Shown here in pieces: positions 1 to 8,059 of a stretch of DNA of 39,005 bases (within the stretch, counting starts at the first letter, position 1; each line of letters opens with the position of its first letter). The notes under the pieces are model-generated. The model was not told the origin of the DNA and did no database searches. It saw nothing but the letters and a program-made list of their open reading frames with translations. A program made the position numbers and the translations under genes. Source of the stretch: Candidatus Nomurabacteria bacterium (GTDB lineage: Bacteria; Patescibacteriota; Minisyncoccia; Phycocordibacterales; UBA9973); the NCBI GenBank assembly GCA_009695015.1, contig SIBT01000001.1:1-39005 (forward strand). Reading direction: 5' to 3'.

Positions 1-71
1 CTAATAAATAATAATTTAAAACAATAATAATGTAGCGGATAAATAAAAACAAAGAACAGATGTTTACTTAA

Positions 72-111
72 TCCCGACAACTCTGTCGAGACCCCGATTT
101 TACATCGGGGT
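72..111. repeat. Tandem small palindromes (REP-like)
   Basis: CGACA-actc-TGTCG (75-88) followed by ACCCCGAT-tttac-ATCGGGGT (91-111). Confidence 0.65.
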
Positions 112-349
112 TGAAACCTGAACAAAAAAACTTTTATCTTTTTATTCAGTTTTCAATGATCTTATAACTTAATTCTCACTAAACTATCATTTGAGATTTT
201 TTCGACGAAATCGCAAACGAGAATAAAGCAAAAAATAAATATAAATTTATGTGTTTATTTAACAGAAGACACAAAATAAAATGCGTAATCTGTAAATACT
301 AAACACAAATACATTATAATATATAGCTCCAAGATAGAGCAAGATATTA

Positions 350-358
350 TGTGGATAA
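350..358 (-). promoter_or_regulatory. DnaA box (TTATCCACA)
   Basis: Exact match to the canonical DnaA box on the minus strand. Confidence 0.6.
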
Positions 359-422
359 CTCGGATAAACCGACAAAATCCTACAGATTCAATGTTATCAT
401 ATTTCAATTAAAATGCAAGGAT

Positions 423-1298
423 CTATTTAACAAAATATCTACTCCACCTCTTTTCTCCAGTTTTATTAAGAACACCATCTTTCATCATGGACATTAATTC
501 TCTTTGTAAAGTTTTCTCACTACAAGACACGAGTTGGATGGCTTGTTCTGGTGTTGATTGAATCATATCCTTTATGTCCTTTATGGTAGCATTGCCACCA
601 ATAATTTTAACAATCTTTATGATTTCATCTCTTCTTTGTTTTTTTAGTAAATCAAAATCTTGACTCCGTGAGGCAAGACCTAACATATTAGGTCTTGCCT
701 CTAAAGTATTGGACATAAGATAAGTTTTATCGGACAGAGCTTTCATTAAAGTACTTCCCTTTTGGACACCAATTCTAGTATGTCCTTTAGGATTTTCTTT
801 CCTCCTTATTGAGGAGGAAAGCTCCGACCAAGGTCGGAGTGAGGTGGTGATTTTAGAATTACCACCCCCCACCTCCTCCTTATCAAGGAGGAGTGGTTCA
901 GATAAAAACTCTTCGAGCCATCTAGGTTTAACTTGTCTAGATTCTTGTATAGAAACTTTTAGTTCTAGAAATTCTTTTTTAAGAATTTCGCAGTTCATTT
1001 CGGAGATAAAATTCATAGCGAAAGTAATATTTAAAAAGGACAAAACTTGATCTACTTTTTGAGTATCAAAGGTAACCCTTGTAAGATTCTGCATAGTCAA
1101 GTCCGATAGAATTTCTAATCCCAATGTCCTTAATTTATTCCTAAGTGGTTCATCTTTATCCAAGATGTCCGTTACCATATAAAGCGCTGTAATAAGCTTA
1201 TGAGTTTTCGTATAAGAAAGTGGAAAGGAGATGTCTTTTATAGAAATGTCCGTGTTAGTTTTAAAATCTTTTAGATTTTTATTGATGTCCTTATTCAT
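423..1298 (-). CDS. Putative DNA-binding protein: N-terminal four-helix-bundle-like domain, low-complexity linker, C-terminal winged helix
   Basis: N-terminal LYMVTD..DEPLRNKLR..FISEMNCEIL resembles four-helix-bundle (S23/IVP/Avd-like) proteins. C-terminal RRDEIIKIV..ATIKDI..SEKTLQREL..GVLNKTGEKRWSRY is wHTH-like. Start moved to ATG 1298 because a promoter lies at 1314-1341. Confidence 0.7.
   Translation of the reverse strand: MNKDINKNLKDFKTNTDISIKDISFPLSYTKTHKLITALYMVTDILDKDEPLRNKLRTLGLEILSDLTMQNLTRVTFDTQKVDQVLSFLNITFAMNFISEMNCEILKKEFLELKVSIQESRQVKPRWLEEFLSEPLLLDKEEVGGGNSKITTSLRPWSELSSSIRRKENPKGHTRIGVQKGSTLMKALSDKTYLMSNTLEARPNMLGLASRSQDFDLLKKQRRDEIIKIVKIIGGNATIKDIKDMIQSTPEQAIQLVSCSEKTLQRELMSMMKDGVLNKTGEKRWSRYFVK
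670..701. repeat. Perfect 14-bp palindromic stem inside CDS
   Basis: GAGGCAAGACCTAA-cata-TTAGGTCTTGCCTC, translated as EARPNMLGLAS. Confidence 0.85.
798..893. repeat. Cluster of four consecutive hairpins inside CDS
   Basis: 798-820 TTTCCTCCT/AGGAGGAAA; 822-839 CTCCGAC/GTCGGAG; 843-866 GGTGGTGATT/AATTACCACC; 873-893 CTCCTCCTT/AAGGAGGAG. The first and last are near copies. Confidence 0.8.
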
Positions 1299-1308
1299 AG
1301 GTAATATC

Positions 1309-1341
1309 TGTCCATTATATATCGGACAAAGAAAAATGCAA
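1309..1341 (-). promoter_or_regulatory. sigma70-type promoter with inverted-repeat operator straddling the -10
   Basis: Minus strand TTGCAT(1341-1336)-N16-TATAAT(1319-1314). TGTCC-N10-GGACA (1309-1328) flanks the -10. Confidence 0.65.
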
Positions 1342-1362
1342 GGCAAGATTAAGCTAGAATAG

Positions 1363-1478
1363 TTTTTTAAATGTCTTGCGTAGGAGCTTAGAAAACAAAA
1401 TCGGTACTTCGATTATTGTTTTCTTGAGCGACGGAGAGAGCAATTGTTCAGCAGAAAAATATGTGTGCATTTTAAAAA
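1363..1478. mobile_element. MITE-like intergenic element
   Basis: Imperfect terminal inverted ends TTTTTTAAATG / CATTTTAAAAA and an internal hairpin AGAAAACAA-AATCG-gtactt-CGATT-a-TTGTTTTCT (1390-1424). Confidence 0.4.
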
Positions 1479-1525
1479 TTATTTTTGACTAATCTTTTAC
1501 AAAAGAAATGTGTTAAAATACTCAC

Positions 1526-3736
1526 ATGATAAAGAATGGGAACAAGAAGAAAGAAAAAGATGATGAAAAAGAAAATACTGGATTAAGGAGTCAAACAAAA
1601 CATGTAATTGTATCGATAGTTTTTTTTGTTTTAGCATTATTTTTTTTAATGTCTAAATTTAATATGGCTGGAGTTGCTGGTATTGTCGTCAACGAAAAAC
1701 TTCACCTCTTGATCGGTATTGGTGACATCCTGCTACCGGCTCTTTTTATTTTACTCGGAACTTCATTTATTAGATCGCAAACCCCAAACATCGGCTGGAG
1801 AAGTCTAATAAGCTCAATAACATTTTTACTCTCGAGTCTGGGAATAATTGATATCGCTTCGAACAATCATGCAGGTGGATTATTTGGAGGGATTTTATCA
1901 ATCCCTCTGGTATCGCTCTTTGATGTGTATGCGAGTATTATTTTTCTCGGTGCAATTTTAGTAATTTCAATTCTGTTGATATTTAATGAGGAATTGGAAC
2001 TCGTGCCATTATTTAAAAAACTTTGGAATTTTATCACAAGGAAAAAAAGTGTCGCATCTCTCGAAAGTGAAGACAAAGAGGAGGAAAAAATCGACTCATC
2101 CTCAATTTCGCCCGAAACAAATACAGATGAGGAAGACGAACCAATGGGTAATAAAATAAAAAAGGCGTTGGGTATAAATAAAGACGAAGAAGAAGAGATG
2201 CCGATTAGAAAAAATAAAGAGAGAAGGAACGGATTGGTTTCCACTTATGTTCCTCCTCCACTCTCACTCCTCGAAGAGGATCAAGGCAAACCAAACACTG
2301 GTGACATCAAAGCGAATGCAAATATAATCAAGCGCACACTTTTAAACTTTGGCATTGAAGTAGAAATGGATGAAATAACAATTGGACCGACAGTCACTCG
2401 TTATGCACTGAAACCAGCAGAAGGAATGAAACTCTCACGCATCATCGCTCTCACCAACGATCTCTCACTAGCGCTCGCGGCCCACCCGATACGAATAGAA
2501 GCACCAATTCCAGGAAAATCTTTGGTTGGTATCGAAATTCCAAATAGAACAAAATCATTGGTGGGTCTTGCCACTTTACTTTCTGATGATAAATTCCAAA
2601 ATTCAGCAAAACCTCTAACTATCGCTCTCGGACGAAACATAGGAGGCAAGTCAGTCTTTGGTAACCTTGCAAAAATGCCACACTGTCTGGTGGCCGGCAC
2701 AACTGGTTCCGGAAAATCAGGAGCTATTCATTCGATGATCACTTCTCTTTTATATAGAAATGGACCAGACGACTTGAAATTTATCTTGATCGATCCAAAA
2801 CGCGTCGAGCTAACCCTTTATAATAATATTCCACACTTACTGACCCCTGTGATCACTGATGCAAAAAAAACGATTCTGGCTCTGAAATGGGCAGCTAAAG
2901 AAATGAACCGTCGGTATGATATCTTGGAGTCCGAAAGTGTGCGAGATATAGAGTCTTATCATAATAATGTTTACGCTAGTAGCATAAAGAAAACGAAAAA
3001 GAATAACGAGGGTATCGATGAAGAGGTCGGTGTTGACCGCCTGCCGTATATTGTCATCATAATAGATGAGCTAGCAGACATTATGAGTTCATACCCTAGA
3101 GAGCTTGAGTCAGCTATCGTGCGACTAGCCCAAATGTCCAGAGCTGTGGGTATTCACCTAATAGTTTCAACTCAACGCCCCGAAGTAAATGTCATCACTG
3201 GCCTAATTAAAGCCAACATCCCAGCTCGTATTGCTTTAAAAGTATCTTCACAAGTAGACTCACGCACGATCTTAGACGCCGGTGGAGCAGAAAAACTTTT
3301 GGGTGCTGGCGATATGCTCTATTCCTCCGGTGACGCTCAGCCCGAACGCCTACAGAGTGCATTTATTTCAGAGATTGAAGTAAAAAAGGTTGTGAGTTAT
3401 TTAGCCAATGCATATAAAGATGAAATATCTGAAGAGGTGGTTCTAACATCTGGTTCAATATCGGTTGATAAAAGTATTTTCGAAAGTACACTTGAAGATG
3501 AAGACGCTAGTGAAGATGATGATGAGCTCTATGAAGAAGCCAGACTATGTGTGATCGAAGCCGGTCGCGCTTCCACTTCTTATCTTCAGAGAAAATTAAA
3601 ATTAGGATACGCGCGCGCCGCACGTCTGATGGATCGGTTAGAAGAACGTGGAGTCATCGGCCCCGGAGATGGCGCAAAACCAAGAGAGGTGTTGGAAAAA
3701 ATCACACATGATGAAAATGGGGGCAATGTAATATGA
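1526..3736 (+). CDS. ftsK: DNA translocase FtsK/SpoIIIE
   Basis: N-terminal TM segments, IRIEAPIPGK, Walker A GTTGSGKS, IDPKRVEL, IIDELAD, gamma domain STSYLQRKLKLGYARAARLMD. Confidence 0.97.
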   Translation: MIKNGNKKKEKDDEKENTGLRSQTKHVIVSIVFFVLALFFLMSKFNMAGVAGIVVNEKLHLLIGIGDILLPALFILLGTSFIRSQTPNIGWRSLISSITFLLSSLGIIDIASNNHAGGLFGGILSIPLVSLFDVYASIIFLGAILVISILLIFNEELELVPLFKKLWNFITRKKSVASLESEDKEEEKIDSSSISPETNTDEEDEPMGNKIKKALGINKDEEEEMPIRKNKERRNGLVSTYVPPPLSLLEEDQGKPNTGDIKANANIIKRTLLNFGIEVEMDEITIGPTVTRYALKPAEGMKLSRIIALTNDLSLALAAHPIRIEAPIPGKSLVGIEIPNRTKSLVGLATLLSDDKFQNSAKPLTIALGRNIGGKSVFGNLAKMPHCLVAGTTGSGKSGAIHSMITSLLYRNGPDDLKFILIDPKRVELTLYNNIPHLLTPVITDAKKTILALKWAAKEMNRRYDILESESVRDIESYHNNVYASSIKKTKKNNEGIDEEVGVDRLPYIVIIIDELADIMSSYPRELESAIVRLAQMSRAVGIHLIVSTQRPEVNVITGLIKANIPARIALKVSSQVDSRTILDAGGAEKLLGAGDMLYSSGDAQPERLQSAFISEIEVKKVVSYLANAYKDEISEEVVLTSGSISVDKSIFESTLEDEDASEDDDELYEEARLCVIEAGRASTSYLQRKLKLGYARAARLMDRLEERGVIGPGDGAKPREVLEKITHDENGGNVI

Positions 3737-4104
3737 ACAACAACGCAAAAAAAATATTACAAATAGGAGGTCTTTCTATTTTTTTTATGCTTATTATTAT
3801 CTATGCTTTTTTTCGCTCTCAAGATCTAATCTTTGGGGTGAAAATAAAAAATGTAATTATCGATAGCCTACCACTTCGTGGCAAAGTCACAGGTAGAACA
3901 AGAGTCGAAAATACAGTAATAGAAATATCAGGAAATACAACTAATGCAACAAATTTAACTTTAAACGGTCGAGAAATTTCAATAAATCAAGTCGGCAATT
4001 TCAACGAGACGATTGCACTCTTGTCGGGATATAATATAATCAATATTAAGGCAAAAGATAAGTTTGGATATATGGATGAAAAGAATTATCAGATTAATCA
4101 CTAG
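3733..4104 (+). CDS. Small membrane-anchored protein with Ig-like beta domain
   Basis: Single N-terminal TM helix, then [30 protein letters not shown] beta-sandwich pattern. ATGA/TAA overlap with ftsK. Confidence 0.75.
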   Translation: MNNNAKKILQIGGLSIFFMLIIIYAFFRSQDLIFGVKIKNVIIDSLPLRGKVTGRTRVENTVIEISGNTTNATNLTLNGREISINQVGNFNETIALLSGYNIINIKAKDKFGYMDEKNYQINH

Positions 4105-4111
4105 CAAGACA

Positions 4112-5170
4112 ATGTTAAAGAAAAAAGAAAAAAAAGAAGACAAGACTGTGGGTATAGCTGTATTAGAAGACACGCTGAAAGCAATTCAAACAAAATTTGG
4201 AGAGGGGTCAATCATGAAATTTGGCGATTCACCAAAAGTGGACATAAATGTGATACCCACCGGCTCCATTGGCCTCGACATGGCGCTAGGAGTAGGCGGA
4301 ATACCACGCGGTAGAATTATTGAAATATTCGGACCTGAATCTTCTGGAAAAACGACACTCTCCCTTCATATTGTGGCGGAAGCGCAAAAAAAGGGTGGAG
4401 TTTGCGCATATATAGACGCCGAACACGCGATGGATCCAGAATATACAAAAAAACTTGGAGTCAATATAAACAATCTGCTCATTTCCCAACCAGACAATGG
4501 CGAACAGGCGCTGGAAATTGTAGAGTCGCTAGTACGAACAGGAAAAATTGACGTAATAGTCATCGACTCTGTAGCGGCGCTCACTCCAAAAGACGAAATT
4601 GAAGGTGATATGGGCGCATACCATGTCGGTAAGCAAGCTCGCTTGATGTCTCAAGCGCTTCGCAAGCTCACCGCTATCGTCGCCAAATCTAAGACTGTGG
4701 TGATTTTTATCAATCAAATCAGAATGCAAATCGGGGTAATGTTTGGCAACCCTGAGACTACTCCGGGAGGAAAAGCGCTGAAATTTTACACTTCGGTGCG
4801 TCTCGATATTCGCAAAATCGCTCAGATAAAAAAAGGAGAGGATGTGGTAGGCAGTCGCACACGTGTAAAAGTAGTGAAAAATAAAGTGTCTGCCCCTTTC
4901 AAACAAACTGAATTTGATATTATTTACAATGAAGGCATTTCCAAAGAAGGTGAGATTATGGCGCTCGGAGAGAAATTTAAAATAATAGAAAAAACTGGAA
5001 ATTCATATTTTTACGTACCCGCCGAAACTTCGTTGAAGGTGGGTGATAAATCAGAGAATCTGAAACTAGGCGTAGGTTATGACGCTACCCGCACATTCTT
5101 GAAAGAAGATAAAAAAATATCTGACCAAATCTTAAAAGAAATCCGCAAGAAATTTGCCGAGGAAGTATAA
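4112..5170 (+). CDS. recA: Recombinase RecA
   Basis: [43 protein letters not shown]. Start set at ATG 4112, after the upstream stop. Confidence 0.98.
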   Translation: MLKKKEKKEDKTVGIAVLEDTLKAIQTKFGEGSIMKFGDSPKVDINVIPTGSIGLDMALGVGGIPRGRIIEIFGPESSGKTTLSLHIVAEAQKKGGVCAYIDAEHAMDPEYTKKLGVNINNLLISQPDNGEQALEIVESLVRTGKIDVIVIDSVAALTPKDEIEGDMGAYHVGKQARLMSQALRKLTAIVAKSKTVVIFINQIRMQIGVMFGNPETTPGGKALKFYTSVRLDIRKIAQIKKGEDVVGSRTRVKVVKNKVSAPFKQTEFDIIYNEGISKEGEIMALGEKFKIIEKTGNSYFYVPAETSLKVGDKSENLKLGVGYDATRTFLKEDKKISDQILKEIRKKFAEEV

Positions 5171-5197
5171 CTTGTCAACCTGCCACGTCGACAAGTT
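5169..5197 (+). terminator. Hairpin after recA, possible terminator
   Basis: AACTTGTC...GACAAGTT 8-bp stem immediately after the stop; only a short T tract. Confidence 0.35.
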
Positions 5198-5225
5198 TGC
5201 AAAATAACCTTAAATTTGGTACTAT
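5197..5225 (+). promoter_or_regulatory. efp promoter
   Basis: TTGCAA-N17-TACTAT with TG at the extended -10 position; ATG 7 nt downstream. Confidence 0.65.
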
Positions 5226-5232
5226 GTTTCCT

Positions 5233-5811
5233 ATGTCAAAATTAGAATACAACGATATCCGCGAGAAGAAAATAATAATTTATAATGGTGAACCTTGTGA
5301 AGTCATCGAGTCGCATGTCGCACGCACTCAACAGCGAAAACCGCAAAATCAAGTGAAACTCAAAAGTCTCATCGCTGGCAAGACTATCGCCGCTACTTTT
5401 CACGTCTCCGAATCAGCCGACGAGGCAGACATCATTAAACGCGATATTACTTTCCTCTACCACAACAAAGGAGAATATTGGTTCTGTGATCCAAATGATA
5501 AAAGTAAAAGATTTAAATTAGATCTAGCGCTCATAGGCGACACTGCAAAATTTTTGAAACAAAACAGTAATGTGACCGCACTCATCTGGGAAGATAATGA
5601 AGTAGAAAAAATTATTAAAGTCACTCTGCCAATCAAAATAGAATTCAAAGTCAAAGAAGCTCCACCTGCAGTGCGCGGAGACACATCTAAAGGAGGCATT
5701 AAGGTTATAATTCTAGAAAATGGAGCGACTCTCAATGCTCCTATGTTTATAGCTCCTGGAGACGTAATCAGCGTAAATACAGAGACTGGAGAATACGTCG
5801 AAAGGATCTAA
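5233..5811 (+). CDS. efp: Translation elongation factor P
   Basis: PPAVRGDT, LENGA..PMFI..GD.I.VNTETGEYVER. Start set at ATG 5233. Confidence 0.95.
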   Translation: MSKLEYNDIREKKIIIYNGEPCEVIESHVARTQQRKPQNQVKLKSLIAGKTIAATFHVSESADEADIIKRDITFLYHNKGEYWFCDPNDKSKRFKLDLALIGDTAKFLKQNSNVTALIWEDNEVEKIIKVTLPIKIEFKVKEAPPAVRGDTSKGGIKVIILENGATLNAPMFIAPGDVISVNTETGEYVERI

Positions 5812-5931
5812 AAACTCTTTCTTGGCATACTTTTTATAAAGCAATCTATCTCGCAAAGCTTTGCGAGTGAACTACTCGGCTCATCAACCTGCGTAAGGCT
5901 TTTTAAAAAGTACGCCTGCGAAGAGTTTTTA
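5809..5931. mobile_element. MITE-like element filling the convergent efp/rpsR gap; possible bidirectional terminator
   Basis: About 34-bp imperfect terminal inverted repeats (5809-5842 / 5898-5931) and an internal perfect 18-bp palindrome CTCGCAAAGCTTTGCGAG (5850-5867). Confidence 0.6.
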
Positions 5932-6129
5932 TTTCACCACAAAAGGAAGCAGGCCTAAAAATCTCGCGTGTTTGATGGCTGATGTTAGTTGACGTTGATT
6001 TTTAGCAGTCACACCAGTACGCTTGTGACTGATGATTTTACCATTAGGATTTATGAATTTTTTTAGAATTTCAATATCCTTGTAATCTATATATTTTATA
6101 TTATTAGCTGAAAAATAATCTTGTTTCAT
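5929..6129 (-). CDS. rpsR: 30S ribosomal protein S18 (no Zn-binding cysteines)
   Basis: IDYKD..LKKFI..GKI..RTG..QRQL..AIK.AR.LGLLPF. Confidence 0.97.
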   Translation of the reverse strand: MKQDYFSANNIKYIDYKDIEILKKFINPNGKIISHKRTGVTAKNQRQLTSAIKHARFLGLLPFVVK

Positions 6130-6139
6130 AGTCTTGTTA

Positions 6140-6595
6140 TTAAAATGGAATATCTTCAGGATTAATATCTTCTTCTGGATATTCTATTGTATCTACTTCT
6201 CCATTTTCGGAAGATGGTTTTTGGGCTTCTGCGCTTGATGTTCCTCCGCTAGCTCCGACACCTCCGCTCTTAGCCCCAAATTGAACACGATCCGCAATAA
6301 TTTCTGTCCTATATTTTTTTTCTCCGCTTATTTTATCATCCCAACTGCGCGTTTCTATACGACCTTCTATCATTACCTGTTGACCTTTTTTTAAATATTG
6401 AGCCGAAGTTTCCGCTTGTCTGCCCCAAACGACGATATTGTGATAGCTGGTCGATTCTTGTTTAACGCCACTCTTGTCTTTCCAAACTCTGTTTGTCGCT
6501 ACACCAAACTTGCAAACCTTTTGACCAGAAGGTATCGCAGTGAGTTCTGGATCTCGAGTAAGATTACCTACAATTATTACTTTATTTAAATACAT
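6140..6595 (-). CDS. ssb: Single-stranded DNA-binding protein
   Basis: [15 protein letters not shown], acidic tail EDIPF; lies within rpsF-ssb-rpsR. Confidence 0.98.
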   Translation of the reverse strand: MYLNKVIIVGNLTRDPELTAIPSGQKVCKFGVATNRVWKDKSGVKQESTSYHNIVVWGRQAETSAQYLKKGQQVMIEGRIETRSWDDKISGEKKYRTEIIADRVQFGAKSGGVGASGGTSSAEAQKPSSENGEVDTIEYPEEDINPEDIPF

Positions 6596-6632
6596 AGTTT
6601 TTTTCTTTTACTTTATAAACTTTATAACTCGT

Positions 6633-7145
6633 TTACACTGCAATCAACGCATCTATTTCTTTGTCTATTTCTTCTTCATTTATAGGAACAACAGTTTCAT
6701 TTTCCATACTTTTTGCTTTTGGTCTCCTATATGTCTCTCCACGTGTAAATCTTTTTACAGCAATAGTATTTTCTCTCAATGTCTTTAGTATCAAAAATCG
6801 AATAAAACTAGAGTCGAGATCAAGATGCTTTTTTAATTCTAAAATTTGCTCTGTGCCCATAACAAATTTAATCCAACCAAAATACGCCGTGTTGAATTTG
6901 CTACGTACATTAGATACAACCTTTTGCATAGGATAGGCAAGATTGGTCATTTTAGGCATCTCGTCCGTTATAATCTCGCCATTAAAAGATGTCACAAGTT
7001 CTTTTAGATTGCCATAATTTATGGCCACATCCTCATTTTTGATTGTCGGCACCAACAGGTAACCAAGCTCGTAGATCTTGGAATTTGTATCTGCTAAATT
7101 AGCATTATTAATTTTATTTTCGCTGTTTTGTTCGCTTGCCTGCAT
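6633..7145 (-). CDS. rpsF: 30S ribosomal protein S6 with acidic C-terminal extension
   Basis: YELGYLL, LAYPM.K, AYF, IRFLI; operon position. Confidence 0.9.
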   Translation of the reverse strand: MQASEQNSENKINNANLADTNSKIYELGYLLVPTIKNEDVAINYGNLKELVTSFNGEIITDEMPKMTNLAYPMQKVVSNVRSKFNTAYFGWIKFVMGTEQILELKKHLDLDSSFIRFLILKTLRENTIAVKRFTRGETYRRPKAKSMENETVVPINEEEIDKEIDALIAV

Positions 7146-7193
7146 GTGGATTTTATATTAGCAAAAAGCTTTCAAAAAGTAAACCCCGACTCC

Positions 7194-8012
7194 TTAAATC
7201 CCAAACATTCGCTTGGCATTTGCGATAATAGCAAGAGACACTTCTTTTTCCGATAAATTTTTAATTTCCGCAATTTTTTTCACAATTTCTTTTACATAAA
7301 TAGGCTCATTGCGCTTACCACGATAAGGAACGGGAGTTATGTATGGAGAATCTGTCTCGGACATAATCATATCAAGTGGTGTATTCCGTACAACCTCATC
7401 ATAATCATGAGTGAATGTGATAACTCCTGTAAAAGACAAAGTGAAGCCAAAATCCAAAAATGCTTTCGCCTCCTCCCATGTTCCAGCAAAGAAATGCACA
7501 TTACCCTTTACTTTCGCATGCTCTTTTAGAATTTTAATTGCATCTTCATAAGCATTTCTAATGTGCAACATGAGTGGCTTATTAAATTCATTTGCGAATT
7601 CTATCTGTTCTATAAAAGCTTCTTTCTGTTTTGAGATTGATTCGGATGTACATCTATAATAATCTAGACCACATTCTCCTATGCCGATTATTTTTTTATC
7701 TTTTAAAAGTTCTCGATAAGATTCTTTGTCGAAAATTTCTCCACGCGAGGTGAATTCTTTACCACCTTCACCCAACTCTTTCTCGTCATGATATGAAGCA
7801 CCAGTATGTATCGGATGCAGTCCTATAATCGCATAGACTCCTTCGGGATATTGATTCGCTATTTCTATTGCCTTTCTTGAAGTATCTATTTGTGTGCCGA
7901 CATTTATAACCCAAGTATTACCATCTAGTGCACGACGAATAACATCGTCTCGATCTGCATCAAAAGCTTTGAAATTTACGTGACTGTGTATGTCTATGTA
8001 TTTTGGAGTCAT
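7194..8012 (-). CDS. tatD: TatD family deoxyribonuclease
   Basis: IDIHSH, GLHP, IGECGLDY, ETDSPY, RGKRNEP. Confidence 0.96.
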   Translation of the reverse strand: MTPKYIDIHSHVNFKAFDADRDDVIRRALDGNTWVINVGTQIDTSRKAIEIANQYPEGVYAIIGLHPIHTGASYHDEKELGEGGKEFTSRGEIFDKESYRELLKDKKIIGIGECGLDYYRCTSESISKQKEAFIEQIEFANEFNKPLMLHIRNAYEDAIKILKEHAKVKGNVHFFAGTWEEAKAFLDFGFTLSFTGVITFTHDYDEVVRNTPLDMIMSETDSPYITPVPYRGKRNEPIYVKEIVKKIAEIKNLSEKEVSLAIIANAKRMFGI

Positions 8013-8059
8013 GATTTATTTCCTTCCTCTCTTTTGAGGAGAAAGTTGGGGTTAAATTC

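Larger units (their letters stand above)
1..420. other. AT-rich non-coding region, candidate replication origin (oriC) segment
   Basis: No long ORF. Perfect DnaA box TGTGGATAA at 350-358, degenerate box AGCGGATAA at 34-42 beside AAT/TAA triplet runs at 1-33, and very AT-rich sequence at 220-340. dnaA itself is not in the window. Confidence 0.45.
489..1328. repeat. Dispersed array of TGTCC/GGACA motif (13 exact copies)
   Basis: GGACA at 489, 711, 732, 764, 1038, 1324; TGTCC at 575, 781, 1125, 1166, 1247, 1286, 1309; one-mismatch variants at 566, 1100, 1232, 1372. Confidence 0.75.

Noticed and set aside
423..1298. Diversity-generating retroelement suggested by the Avd-like four-helix bundle
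   Set aside because: No reverse transcriptase and no TR/VR repeat pair in the window.
489..1328. CRISPR array or tandem iterons
   Set aside because: The repeats are 5-9 bp, irregularly spaced and in both orientations; no cas genes are present.
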